A DNA stretch of 63,876 nt, filler included, from Lama guanicoe (GCA_013239625.1; 79 parts of 78 records of this genome joined end to end with filler, not necessarily neighbours in it), one strand, 5' to 3'. Positions 37,067-50,108 are shown, counted from the first letter of the whole stretch. A program made the numbers and translations. Notes: a model not told the origin generated them from the sequence alone.

Positions 37067-38153
37067 GCACTCGCTATTACTTGGCTTTAGAGCCCAATCC
37101 CCACCTTCGCTCACATCCCGTCCTTGGAAAACTCTCATGGAAGATAACCTAAGGGATAATATTAGATCCCAGATGCTGCTGTCAGTGGGAGGTGCCTCCC
37201 CACACTCAGAATACCAGAACAATTCTTCATGTGTGTGCTGGAGGTGGGGAAACAGAGACCACGCATTTTTCAAGGAGCACAGGTATTCCCAGGTCGTGGG
37301 ATTTTGGTGAATAATTTCCTCTTCCCATGGAGAAGCACTCGCTAATACNNNNNNNNNNNNNNNNNNNNNNNNNNNNNNNNNNNNNNNNNNNNNNNNNNNN
37401 NNNNNNNNNNNNNNNNNNNNNNNNNNNNNNNNNNNNNNNNNNNNNNNNNNNNNNNNNNNNNNNNNNNNNNNNNNNNNNNNNNNNNNNNNNNNNNNNNNNN
37501 NNNNNNNNNNNNNNNNNNNNNNNNNNNNNNNNNNNNNNNNNNNNNNNNNNNNNNNNNNNNNNNNNNNNNNNNNNNNNNNNNNNNNNNNNNNNNNNNNNNN
37601 NNNNNNNNNNNNNNNNNNNNNNNNNNNNNNNNNNNNNNNNNNNNNNNNNNNNNNNNNNNNNNNNNNNNNNNNNNNNNNNNNNNNNNNNNNNNNNNNNNNN
37701 NNNNNNNNNNNNNNNNNNNNNNNNNNNNNNNNNNNNNNNNNNNNNNNNNNNNNNNNNNNNNNNNNNNNNNNNNNNNNNNNNNNNNNNNNNNNNNNNNNNN
37801 NNNNNNNNNNNNNNNNNNNNNNNNNNACTTCCACTGCTCATAGAGAGTCACTCGCTATTACTTTGGTTAAGTGACCAACCCCACCTTAACTCACATCGCA
37901 GCCAAAGGAAACAATCAGGGATGTCAATCCAAGAGATTCTATTAGATCCCAGGTGCTGCCGTCATTTTGAGGAGACTCCCCCACTTAGGATAGCCGAATA
38001 GTTCTTCGTGTGTGTGCTGGAGGTTGGGAAACATATCTACACATCATGCAAAGGTCACAGGTATTCACAGGTTGTGGATTGCTGTTTAAAGACCTCCACA
38101 TCCTGTGGGGAGGCACTCGATTGTACTTGTTTGTCGAGGCTGAACCCCACATT
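37067..38153 (+). repeat. Diverged relative of satellite B (reverse complement of the 8183-8744 and 9575-10122 type)
   Basis: attagatcccag.tgctgc, gtgtgtgctggagg, cacaggtatt; 37920-38150 closely matches the reverse complement of 8513-8744. Confidence 0.85.
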
Positions 38154-39492
38154 NNNNNNNNNNNNNNNNNNNNNNNNNNNNNNNNNNNNNNNNNNNNTTA
38201 ATTAATTAANNNNNNNNNNNNNNNNNNNNNNNNNNNNNNNNNNNNNNNNNNNNCCTTTACTGCGGAGATTGAGGGCAGATGTGTCCCCCCGGCCTACGGC
38301 CTTGGGCCTTTAGTCTGGAGAGCGCTCATGGCGGTCCAACAGGTGACGGTCGGAGGACCTGGCACGTGCTCCCGGGTCTGATGTGGAGGAGGTGCTCTAT
38401 GATTCTCTGTGATTCTAACGTCAGATTCTATTTTCTGGTTGTTGGTAGATTGGAGGAGAAGATGCCAGAGAATTGATAAAAAGAAAGTCCACACCAGTCC
38501 TGTGAATGACAGGCACAGGGGATCCGTGTCCCACCTGCNNNNNNNNNNNNNNNNNNNNNNNNNNNNNNNNNNNNNNNNNNNNNNNNNNNNNNNNNNNNNN
38601 NNNNNNNNNNNNNNNNNNNNNNNNNNNNNNNNNNNNNNNNNNNNNNNNNNNNNNNNNNNNNNNNNNNNNNNNNNNNNNNNNNNNNNNNNNNNNNNNNNNN
38701 NNNNNNNNNNNNNNNNNNNNNNNNNNNNNNNNNNNNNNNNNNNNNNNNNNNNNNNNNNNNNNNNNNNNNNNNNNNNNNNNNNNNNNNNNNNNNNNNNNNN
38801 NNNNNNNNNNNNNNNNNNNNNNNNNNNNNNNNNNNNNNNNNNNNNNNNNNNNNNNNNNNNNNNNNNNNNNNNNNNNNNNNNNNNNNNNNNNNNNNNNNNN
38901 NNNNNNNNNNNNNNNNNNNNNNNNNNNNNNNNNNNNNNNNNNNNNNNNNNNNNNNNNNNNNNNNNNNNNNNNNNNNNNNNNNNNNNNNNGTTTTTGCCTT
39001 TTGAAGTCTGCCCTTGGGATTTGGCAGAATAGCTGGATGTGTACTTAGCCCATAGTGGTTGACACTGTCACCATTGTTTACCCAGAACCTCGTGTACCAG
39101 GTATGGCTCCCGGCATCAAAATGCAGCAGCGCATTAAACCTCCCTCCTTGTGGGTCTGTCTGTTTTGGTACCATAAGGTCTCAGCCAGCATCTGAACGTC
39201 AGTGAGATAACGCGGCCAGTGAGCTCGAGTCAAGCAAGTTCTCTTCCAGTCACTTTTACTCCATTGTAGCTTTTACTATTCCACAGTCATTAATTTTTAA
39301 AAGAATGCTTTGGTGCAGGAACAGAGCCTAATTCTCCCCTGTATCTCTTGGTGGGATTGAGTAAAATTGTCCAGCTTGAAATGAGACCACATNNNNNNNN
39401 NNNNNNNNNNNNNNNNNNNNNNNNNNNNNNNNNNNNTTAATTAATTAANNNNNNNNNNNNNNNNNNNNNNNNNNNNNNNNNNNNNNNNNNNN

Positions 39493-40331
39493 CCCTCCAT
39501 ATATATATATGGGGAGGTACAATCTCCAACTCGGTTTTACGCTGAAAAATGCAGGAACTTCAATCCGGCACTAGGAAACAGACTGAGAATCCAGAGTAAG
39601 TGTTTCTCCTGCAACCTGTTCCCTTTGTGCTAGATGAACGAACGTCTATCCACATGATCAGTTTTGAGAGATAAGCGTTTGTGAAAGCTGTTCTTCACGA
39701 AGCTTGTTGGGAACACAAATTTCTCTTCAGTTGCAAACTCCACTCCATACATATATATGGGGAGGTACAATCTCCAACTCGGTTTTGCGGTGAAAACTGC
39801 AGGAACTTCAAACCGGCAATAGGAAACAGACTGAGAAAACAGAGTAAGTGTTTCTCTTGCAACCGGTTCCATTTGTGCTAGATGAACGAACGTCTATCCA
39901 CATGATCAGTTTTGAGAGATAAGCGTTTGTGAAAGCTGTTCTTCACGAAGCTTGTTGGGAACACAAATTTCTCTTCAGTTGCAAACTCCACTCCATACAT
40001 ATATATGGGGAGGTACAATCTCCAACTCGGTTTTACAGTGAAAACTGTAGGAATTTCAAACCGGCAATAGGAAACAGACTGAGAAACCAAAGTAACTGTT
40101 TCTCCTGCAATTTGTTCCATTTGTGCTAGATGAACGAACGTCTCTCCACATGCTCAGTTTTGAGAGTTAAGCGAGTTTGAAAGCCTCCCTTCACGTAGCT
40201 TGTTGGGAATTTCTCTTCAAGACTCCACTCCATACATATGTATGGGGAGCTACAAGCTCCAACTCGGTTTTACTGTGAAATGTGCAGGAACTTCAAACGG
40301 GCACTAGGAAAGAGACTGAGAATCCAGAGTA
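39493..40331 (+). repeat. Satellite C (highly homogeneous)
   Basis: Near-identical ORFs 39630-39872 and 39878-40120 give a period of 248. Confidence 0.97.
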
Positions 40332-41432
40332 NNNNNNNNNNNNNNNNNNNNNNNNNNNNNNNNNNNNNNNNNNNNTTAATTAATTAANNNNNNNNNNNNN
40401 NNNNNNNNNNNNNNNNNNNNNNNNNNNNNNNGGGACATATCGGTAATCTCAACCGCGTGCGCCAGTGTGGTTGCTTTCTCTTTGGCGTCACGGGTTGGTT
40501 TGCTCTCTTGATAGGACCCACCACATCCCACAATGCACTCCAGATCCCTGAGACTCAGCGTGTGCCATCATCCGTAGCCCTATCCCTCACTGAACGCTGC
40601 CTCTGCTACCTCAAATTTGGCAGCTCAGATCTTGGTCTCAGAATCAACTGTGGGGATATTTTGCGCTGGTCTCTTGGAGTTCTGTCAGCCAAGCATCTGC
40701 TGTGCACTNNNNNNNNNNNNNNNNNNNNNNNNNNNNNNNNNNNNNNNNNNNNNNNNNNNNNNNNNNNNNNNNNNNNNNNNNNNNNNNNNNNNNNNNNNNN
40801 NNNNNNNNNNNNNNNNNNNNNNNNNNNNNNNNNNNNNNNNNNNNNNNNNNNNNNNNNNNNNNNNNNNNNNNNNNNNNNNNNNNNNNNNNNNNNNNNNNNN
40901 NNNNNNNNNNNNNNNNNNNNNNNNNNNNNNNNNNNNNNNNNNNNNNNNNNNNNNNNNNNNNNNNNNNNNNNNNNNNNNNNNNNNNNNNNNNNNNNNNNNN
41001 NNNNNNNNNNNNNNNNNNNNNNNNNNNNNNNNNNNNNNNNNNNNNNNNNNNNNNNNNNNNNNNNNNNNNNNNNNNNNNNNNNNNNNNNNNNNNNNNNNNN
41101 NNNNNNNNNNNNNNNNNNNNNNNNNNNNNNNNNNNNNNNNNNNNNNNNNNNNNNNNNNNNNNNNNNNNNTAGTAATACGAAAATGTAGTTAGTTTTGAAA
41201 CGTACTAAATGGACCTAGAAACCAGAATTGTCAATNNNNNNNNNNNNNNNNNNNNNNNNNNNNNNNNNNNNNNNNNNNNTTAATTAATTAANNNNNNNNN
41301 NNNNNNNNNNNNNNNNNNNNNNNNNNNNNNNNNNNAGCCTCAGTGGCTGACAAGGATTTTAGAAGTGGGCTCTAGCCCAGCATACTAACTCTCAGTTCTT
41401 CTCTTGCTTCCTCAGTTGGTGGCTGTATCAGC

Positions 41433-41860
41433 TTTTTCATTATAGGTTATTGCTAGATAATGAACATAGGTTTCTGTGCTATATAGAAGAAACTTAATTT
41501 AAAATCTCTTTTTATATATAGTGGCTGACATTTGTAAATATCGAACTCCCAAATTTATCCCTTCCTATCCCCTTTCCCTGGTAACCTTAAGATTGTTTAC
41601 ACTAAGTCTGCAAGTCTGTTTCTGTTCTGTAGATGAGTTCAGTGTCTTTTTCTCTCTTTTTTTAGAATGCACATATGAGTGGTATCATTTGGTATTTTTC
41701 TGTTTCTGGCTGCTTTCACTTAGAATGACGATCTCTAGCTCCATCCATGTTGCTGCAAATGGTTTAATGTTGTCGTATTCATGGTCGAGTAGTATTCCAG
41801 TGTATAAATAAAGCACAACTTCTTTATCCAGTCATCTGTTGCTACATTTAGCTTGCCTCC
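41433..41860 (-). mobile_element. LINE-1 3' UTR and ORF2 end (antisense)
   Basis: ttcacttagaatgacgatctctagctccatccatgttgctgcaaatgg and ttctttatccagtcatctgtt. Confidence 0.93.
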
Positions 41861-41960
41861 NNNNNNNNNNNNNNNNNNNNNNNNNNNNNNNNNNNNNNNN
41901 NNNNTTAATTAATTAANNNNNNNNNNNNNNNNNNNNNNNNNNNNNNNNNNNNNNNNNNNN

Positions 41961-42792
41961 GTTGTGTAATCTAAATACATCTTACATCTATTAACATACA
42001 TCTATTAAATCCTGGTCACTTGCATTGTTTGCAAATATGTTCTCCTATTACACATGCAGTGTTTTCACTTCATTGATATTGTCCTTAGCTGTGCAGAAAT
42101 TTTCAAGTTTGTTTAGGTCCCACTTGCTTATTTTTGCTTTTATTTCTTTTGCCTTAGGAGATTGATATAAGAAAATATTCCTATGATATATATCCAATAG
42201 GGTTTCACCTACATTCCCTTCTAGACAATATTATCAGGTCTTATATTTAGGTCCTTAATATACTTGAAGTTTATTTTTGTATATGATGTCAGGGAATGCT
42301 CTCATTTCACTGTTTTACATGTAGATGTCCAGCTATCCCAACACCATCCATTGACGAGACTGTCTTTTCTCCATTGTGTACTCTTGCCTCTTTTATCATA
42401 GATTCATTGCTCATAGGTGTGTGGAATTATTTCTAGGTTCTCTATCTGTTTCTAATTGATTATATCTTTCCCAATGCCATACTGTTTTTATTACTGTAGG
42501 TTTGTAGTATAGTAAGGTGTCCGGAAGGGTTATACCTCCAGATATGTTGTTTTTCTCAAGGTCATTTTGGCAATTTTTAATGGTTTCATGTAAAACTTAG
42601 AGTTATTTAATTTCTGGTTCTGTAGAAAATACTACAGCTTCGTAACAAGAATTGCACTTGATCTGTAGGTTTCTTTGTGTAGTACAGCCATGTTAACAAG
42701 ACATCTTTCAATCCAAGAGCACAAGACATATTTCCATTTCTTCGAAACATTTCAATCCAAGAGCACAAGACATCTTTCCATTTCTTTGAAAC
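41961..42792 (-). mobile_element. LINE-1 ORF2 fragment (antisense) with a ~43-bp tandem duplication at its end
   Basis: gtttaggtcccacttgcttatttttgcttt and cccaacaccatccattgacgagactgtc; tttcaatccaagagcacaagacat..ttccatttctt.gaaac occurs twice. Confidence 0.92.
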
Positions 42793-44199
42793 NNNNNNNN
42801 NNNNNNNNNNNNNNNNNNNNNNNNNNNNNNNNNNNNTTAATTAATTAANNNNNNNNNNNNNNNNNNNNNNNNNNNNNNNNNNNNNNNNNNNNGCTATAGG
42901 ATAATTTTTACACTTGTTATAGGAAGTAGAGTTGGGGAAAGACTTAAAAGTGAAAGAACCCTAAAAGAGAATCTCCGAATATTTTAAAGAAGACAGTTCT
43001 CAGAATGAGAGCTTTACTGGAAAAGACTAGCTCTTCACTTCACAGGGGAAGCAGGGAGCAGGTGTAACTGCACTTATGGTAACTTNNNNNNNNNNNNNNN
43101 NNNNNNNNNNNNNNNNNNNNNNNNNNNNNNNNNNNNNNNNNNNNNNNNNNNNNNNNNNNNNNNNNNNNNNNNNNNNNNNNNNNNNNNNNNNNNNNNNNNN
43201 NNNNNNNNNNNNNNNNNNNNNNNNNNNNNNNNNNNNNNNNNNNNNNNNNNNNNNNNNNNNNNNNNNNNNNNNNNNNNNNNNNNNNNNNNNNNNNNNNNNN
43301 NNNNNNNNNNNNNNNNNNNNNNNNNNNNNNNNNNNNNNNNNNNNNNNNNNNNNNNNNNNNNNNNNNNNNNNNNNNNNNNNNNNNNNNNNNNNNNNNNNNN
43401 NNNNNNNNNNNNNNNNNNNNNNNNNNNNNNNNNNNNNNNNNNNNNNNNNNNNNNNNNNNNNNNNNNNNNNNNNNNNNNNNNNNNNNNTTAATGTTAATAA
43501 AGCAGGATGTTGTAACTCTCAATTTCTTAAGCAAATATAAACATTCTTGACTCTTATTGACATTCTTTGTGGGGTGAAGCTGCTTTTACTTCCATTCTGA
43601 GCATTGAAAGGCCTCCTATGATACTTTTACCAGTCCTCAGTATTTTATTTTCCCTCTGTTGTGAACTTGTTTTTAAACTTGAAGCAGATATAAATATCAT
43701 TAACTTGCTACATATGTAGATATTCAGTGTTACATAGTCAGAAAGTTTGTGTACATCACACGTATCTACATAATTCCCCCNNNNNNNNNNNNNNNNNNNN
43801 NNNNNNNNNNNNNNNNNNNNNNNNNNNNNNNNNNNNNNNNNNNNNNNNNNNNNNNNNNNNNNNNNNNNNNNNNNNNNNNNNNNNNNNNNNNNNNNNNNNN
43901 NNNNNNNNNNNNNNNNNNNNNNNNNNNNNNNNNNNNNNNNNNNNNNNNNNNNNNNNNNNNNNNNNNNNNNNNNNNNNNNNNNNNNNNNNNNNNNNNNNNN
44001 NNNNNNNNNNNNNNNNNNNNNNNNNNNNNNNNNNNNNNNNNNNNNNNNNNNNNNNNNNNNNNNNNNNNNNNNNNNNNNNNNNNNNNNNNNNNNNNNNNNN
44101 NNNNNNNNNNNNNNNNNNNNNNNNNNNNNNNNNNNNNNNNNNNNNNNNNNNNNNNNNNNNNNNNNNNNNCAGGTTATCTTTTGAGTACCTGGGTTTCAT

Positions 44200-44420
44200 G
44201 TCTTCCTGTGCCACCTGTGTGACCCATGATTCCCACATTTCTGTCTCCTGCTAGACTTTTTCTCTCCAACTCTGGACTCTTACAATCTTATCTTGATTTG
44301 ACATCTTCACTTGAATCTCTGATATGTTAAAAGCAACATGTGTAAAAACTGAGCTCTTGGTTCTCCTACCTCCCAAACTGGTCCTTCCTGCAACCTCCCC
44401 CATTCAGTTAGTGGAAACTT
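44200..44420 (+). mobile_element. LINE-2 relic
   Basis: ttgacatcttcacttgaatctct...aacatgtgtaaaaactgagctcttg is a typical L2 ORF2 3' region. Confidence 0.7.
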
Positions 44421-45928
44421 NNNNNNNNNNNNNNNNNNNNNNNNNNNNNNNNNNNNNNNNNNNNTTAATTAATTAANNNNNNNNNNNNNNNNNNNNNNNN
44501 NNNNNNNNNNNNNNNNNNNNAACTCACTCTGGAAATAACCAGGCCTGATAAAAACATTTTTTGGCATTCAGAACTTATACAAACAAAATCCCCTTTAGGG
44601 GGAACTTGGATTTCTCTTCCTGTGTCCTTGAAATGTAAACATTTTATCTTTCTCTGGATGTTTTAAGTGTGTGCATGTAAGTATATATATGTTTAGTTTA
44701 GTTTTTAAAGGAAACCTTGGACTCTGCCATACAAAAGGTTCAAGTATTGTGTACATACGGTGGCCACGCAAATAAATTGGGATTCTAAGCAATTCTTTGA
44801 TTGTACCAATTTTCAGATATTTTGCCATCTTAAACTTTGTTGCATCAGCCTGGACCACGAAGGCTTTAAGCTTTTGGAGAGTAAACCTTTGAAAAATTTT
44901 ATTTAGGCAACACCCCGACTCTCATGTGGAAGGGCCTCTTCATCTTATTGGTTTAAAATCACTATATATATATAGTGATTTTATATATTTATATCAATTT
45001 ATATATATATAAATTGATGGCCATATGATGGATTTTTTAATNNNNNNNNNNNNNNNNNNNNNNNNNNNNNNNNNNNNNNNNNNNNTTAATTAATTAANNN
45101 NNNNNNNNNNNNNNNNNNNNNNNNNNNNNNNNNNNNNNNNNAAGGGGTTTGCAGAGAATGGGCAGAGGAAACAGTGATCACAGGCCTGGAAGTCCCTCAC
45201 GCTGGGCAGACAGCATGGAAACTGGTGTGGGCCACAGTGAATAGGAAATAAGTGGTGGTTTTGGGGGTGGAGCCTTAGAGGCTGCCGTGAGGATGTGGGC
45301 ATTTTTCCCTTTGAAGGAATTGCGGAGCCCTGGAGGGTCACCGAGCAAAAAAAGTGATACTCTAATTTGGATAGAACAGGTCCAAGACCCTAAAATAAGC
45401 TGAACAAATCAAGGGCCAAAGAAGTGACATGCCACCTCAAATTCAGTGCAGAGCTTGAAAGAAACACAGCCTCGACTCGCAGCCCAATGCTCTGCCCCCT
45501 TCTGGATGCTGTCCNNNNNNNNNNNNNNNNNNNNNNNNNNNNNNNNNNNNNNNGCCAACTGAATGCTTCCCCCTTTTTCAAATGGCAATTTGTCCTGAAA
45601 GGAAATCAGAGTTGGCAGTGAAACAAGGCATGGACCTGTAGCCTACAGAGCTGTTGTCTCTGAAAGCAACAGGTGGCACGTGGTTTACTCGTGGAGTTCA
45701 GCAGAAGAGACACAGCAACAACAGACAACTTAGCATCTGGCTGAGCTTCAGCTGACTGCACTGCACGTTTGGATGGATTTCAATTTTGGACAGTGAGGCG
45801 GCTTCACACGAAAGGCAGGTGTATACATNNNNNNNNNNNNNNNNNNNNNNNNNNNNNNNNNNNNNNNNNNNNTTAATTAATTAANNNNNNNNNNNNNNNN
45901 NNNNNNNNNNNNNNNNNNNNNNNNNNNN

Positions 45929-46100
45929 TGCCACGTGTAAAATGGGGGACCTAGCACCGTGCTCGTGGGCTGCTGTGGGTGTAATGAAATGACATCTATA
46001 AGGGCCCTCCTGACTCTCAGAAGTAATTGCTACTATTGTCCCCATTTGGGACACCAAGAAACAGAGGCACAGAAAGCTTCAAACATTAGCCCAAGATGAG
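45929..46100. mobile_element. MIR relics (sense then antisense piece)
   Basis: tgtaaaatgggg..gggctgctgtg..aatgaaatga, then ctattgtccccattt..gaaacagaggcacaga. Confidence 0.55.
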
Positions 46101-47314
46101 GGTTTGGGTCAGTAATCAAGCCAATGACTTCGTGGATCCAGAGCCCAGAATCTTCTTATGAACAACACGGCAATTCCCAGCTTCCCTGCTCCAAAACCCG
46201 CCTCCCTTTGGCTCAGTTCCATGGCACCTGCGCTGCACAGATGTCGTCACTGCCTGCCTGCCTGCCTGGTGTCTGACCCCGGCATTCCTCCCTCCGTCCC
46301 ACACAGCGCTTCCTTGGGCACACCAACCCTCACGAGGCCATTGCTATGGCTACTCAAATGTTTTCACGGAAACGCAGGTGGTAGCCCAGCTTTATGGTAT
46401 AGATGCTGCTCTCAGTGCAGGCAAGGAGCTCACAGTTGGTGAGGGAGGCCACTTGTGGTCTCCAGAGCTGGATGGAATCCAGTTCCCTCTGCAACTTAGA
46501 CATCCAGCATGAGAGATATGTAAGGCCATCTGACCTCTCAACATAGAAATGATGCCCCTGAAGTCGTACTTAAAATTGTAACCTCCTGGCTCCACCAGTG
46601 AGCAGAGGCCATGGCCTGTTGTCCACCACGTTTTCTTTCCTTGCATGACAGCTACAATGGGGTGAGTTAACACCGGACCAGAAANNNNNNNNNNNNNNNN
46701 NNNNNNNNNNNNNNNNNNNNNNNNNNNNTTAATTAATTAANNNNNNNNNNNNNNNNNNNNNNNNNNNNNNNNNNNNNNNNNNNNGGAGGATGATTCAGGT
46801 CCTCCATGTATTACAGGAGTCCCTGTAAAGAGGGGAGGCATGTGGTTTGAAGGGAAGTGAGGTCAAAACGGGAGCATAAACAATATGTCATGGGTTGATG
46901 GAAGTGGTCCAGGGCAGAGGGGCCAGTTGCTGGAGCAATGGCCTTGAGTAGGTGAGAGGACTTGGCCTTGGCTGGGGTCCCATGGACAGGCGTGTGGTGC
47001 TGGCCTGATGTGTGCTTCCTGCCTCCCCCACTGTGTGGACTCTGTGACCTCCAGCAGGGCATCCCTTGATGTTTCCTCCAGGTAAAATGGGCTCTTACAA
47101 GAGGAGGGTCCCAGAAAGCCATGAAGCTTCACCCCAGTGCTCTGTGAGTGGCAGAATTTCTGTTTCCAGAGCAGCTATGGGGAGAATTTTGGAAGGAGGG
47201 GCCCTCCCAGAACCNNNNNNNNNNNNNNNNNNNNNNNNNNNNNNNNNNNNNNNNNNNNTTAATTAATTAANNNNNNNNNNNNNNNNNNNNNNNNNNNNNN
47301 NNNNNNNNNNNNNN

Positions 47315-48186
47315 AGAATGTAGAACACAGAATATAGAATATAGAAACCGGAATGCAGAATATAGAATGTAGAATATAGAATGAAGTACACAGAATATAG
47401 ATTATTCAAAAGAGAATATAGAAACCAGAATTTTGATCATGAAATGCAGAACACAGAATTAAGAATTTAGAATACAGAATAATGAATATAGAATTTAGAA
47501 TATTGAATGCAGAACACAGAATTTATAATATAGAATACAGAATACTGAATATAGAAATTAGAATATAGAATGTAGAACACAGAATATAGAATATNNNNNN
47601 NNNNNNNNNNNNNNNNNNNNNNNNNNNNNNNNNNNNNNNNNNNNNNNNNNNNNNNNNNNNNNNNNNNNNNNNNNNNNNNNNNNNNNNNNNNNNNNNNNNN
47701 NNNNNNNNNNNNNNNNNNNNNNNNNNNNNNNNNNNNNNNNNNNNNNNNNNNNNNNNNNNNNNNNNNNNNNNNNNNNNNNNNNNNNNNNNNNNNNNNNNNN
47801 NNNNNNNNNNNNNNNNNNNNNNNNNNNNNNNNNNNNNNNNNNNNNNNNNNNNNNNNNNNNNNNNNNNNNNNNNNNNNNNNNNNNNNNNNNNNNNNNNNNN
47901 NNNNNNNNNNNNNNNNNNNNNNNNNNNNNNNNNNNNNNNNNNNNNNNNNNNNNNNNNNNNNNNNNNNNNCACAATATAGAATGAAGTACACAGAATATAG
48001 AATATGGAAAACAGAATACAGAACCAAGAATTTAGAACATTGAATGCAGAGCACAGAATTTAGAATATAGAACACTGAATACTGAATATAGAATTTAGAA
48101 CTACGAGTGCAGAACACAGAATTTAGAAATTTGAATGCAGAATACTGAATATAGAATTTAGAATATAGAATGTTGAACACACAATA
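47315..48186 (-). repeat. Satellite A
   Basis: Heptamer array on the purine strand. Confidence 0.95.
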
Positions 48187-48286
48187 NNNNNNNNNNNNNN
48201 NNNNNNNNNNNNNNNNNNNNNNNNNNNNNNTTAATTAATTAANNNNNNNNNNNNNNNNNNNNNNNNNNNNNNNNNNNNNNNNNNNN

Positions 48287-49335
48287 GTCCTGAATGAAAA
48301 AAAAAGATGCAGCCTAGGATACTCTATCCAGCAAGACGATCCTTTAGAATAGAAGGAGAGATAAAGAACTTCACAGACAAGCAAAAACTAAGAGTTTAGC
48401 AACACTAAACCCATGCTAAAAGAACCATTGACAAGTCCACTCTAAATAGAAAAGAAGCAGGATGCTACAAAAATGAGAAACTCATAACTGGAAAGGAGAT
48501 AACTGCCATGAATTACAAAAAGAATAAACACAAAACTGTAAAAGAAGACATTTAAATCATTAAGAGTGGGAGAGGGAAGCAAGGAAAGCCACTGTGGAAA
48601 ACAGTATGGAGATTCCTCAAAAGACTAGGAATAGACTTACCCTATGACCCAGGAATCCCGCTCCTGGGCATATATCCAGAAGGAACCCTACTTCAAAATG
48701 ACACCTGCACCCCAGTGTTCATAGCAGCACTATTTACAATAGCCAAGACATGGAAACAGCCTAAATGTCCATCAACAGGTGACTGGATAAAGAAGAGGTG
48801 GTGCATCTATACAATGGAANNNNNNNNNNNNNNNNNNNNNNNNNNNNNNNNNNNNNNNNNNNNNNNNNNNNNNNNNNNNNNNNNNNNNNNNNNNNNNNNN
48901 NNNNNNNNNNNNNNNNNNNNNNNNNNNNNNNNNNNNNNNNNNNNNNNNNNNNNNNNNNNNNNNNNNNNNNNNNNNNNNNNNNNNNNNNNNNNNNNNNNNN
49001 AAAACAAAACAAAACAAAACAAAACATAAATATAAAACAGTAACAGACTCATAGACATAGAATACAAACTTGTGGTTGCCAGAGGTTGGGGGTGGGAAGG
49101 GACAGACTGTGATTTTAAAATGCAGAATAGATAAACAAGATTATACTGTATAGCACAGGGGAATATAAACAAGATCTTGTGGTAGCTCATAGCAAAAAAG
49201 AAGTGACTATTTTGAAAATATATATGTTCATATATAACTGAAAAATTGTGCTCTACACTAGAATTTGACACAACATTGTAAAATGACTATTACTCAATAA
49301 AAGTTAAAAAAATAAATAAAAAGAAAGAAAGAAAA
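48287..49335 (+). mobile_element. LINE-1 with most of ORF2 deleted: ORF1 C-terminus, inter-ORF, ORF2 C-terminus, 3' UTR and A-tail
   Basis: MQPRILYPARRSFRIEGEIKNFTDKQKL..stop at 48443-48445; from 48589 PLWKTVWRFLKRLGIDLPYDPGIPLLGIYP..FIAALFTIAKTWKQPKCPS; aataaa and A-rich tail at ~49296-49335. Confidence 0.93.
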
Positions 49336-49533
49336 CACAATGAGTCATCAGACTATCTAGAAAATTAGGTTTAGTTCCCATTGGGTATTACATAATAGTA
49401 GACTATAGGCAAGCAGGAAAACATTCAAATAAGNNNNNNNNNNNNNNNNNNNNNNNNNNNNNNNNNNNNNNNNNNNNTTAATTAATTAANNNNNNNNNNN
49501 NNNNNNNNNNNNNNNNNNNNNNNNNNNNNNNNN

Positions 49534-50108
49534 GGGATTTAAAATGCGCCTGGAGGAAAGCAACATATTCACAAGAGAACCTATAGAGGGGTTTCAGCTG
49601 ATATATCGGCAGCAATATTGCAGGACAGGGTGGAGTGCCAGGACATAGGCCATACAATGAAAGGCAAAATGCTGCCATCTAGGGTAGCCTAGGCCACCTG
49701 ACCGCCATTTCTTATAACGGCAGAGCTAGAGAATTCCACGGACCGGCAAATCTTAAAAGAATTCAGCAATTCGAAACTTATCCTGCAAGAAAGGTTGTGA
49801 ATTCTCCCCTGAATAGAAAAGACAGCAAGATGAAATGGAAAGAAGAAAACCATTATTGGAAATGCAAGGCAAGAAGAGGTGGCAATGAAGAAACCAGAAG
49901 AAGGCAAGGAGGACATCAATAACCTAAAGATGGGAGAGGGAAGCAGGAAATCATAGGTGATTGGAAGCACTATCTTAAGTGAATCAGCTTATATGACTCT
50001 CTGTTTGAAGCGAACTGAGAGTTGCATGGCCTGACGTGTTTGGAAAACAAACGAGAAGTAGACCAACAAAAATCAAACAAAGAAACATGCACCCAAAGGG
50101 TACGGTTG
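49534..50108 (+). mobile_element. Highly diverged LINE-1 ORF1 C-terminus and inter-ORF
   Basis: SADISAAILQDRVECQDI..MKGKMLPSR..ELENSTDRQILKEFSNSKLILQE aligns with the L1 ORF1 end; shares tgggagagggaagc with the element at ~48567. Confidence 0.75.

Noticed and set aside
36980..44260. Long ORFs of 150-270 aa in the track spanning N gaps
   Set aside because: Their length comes from X residues translated from N-runs.
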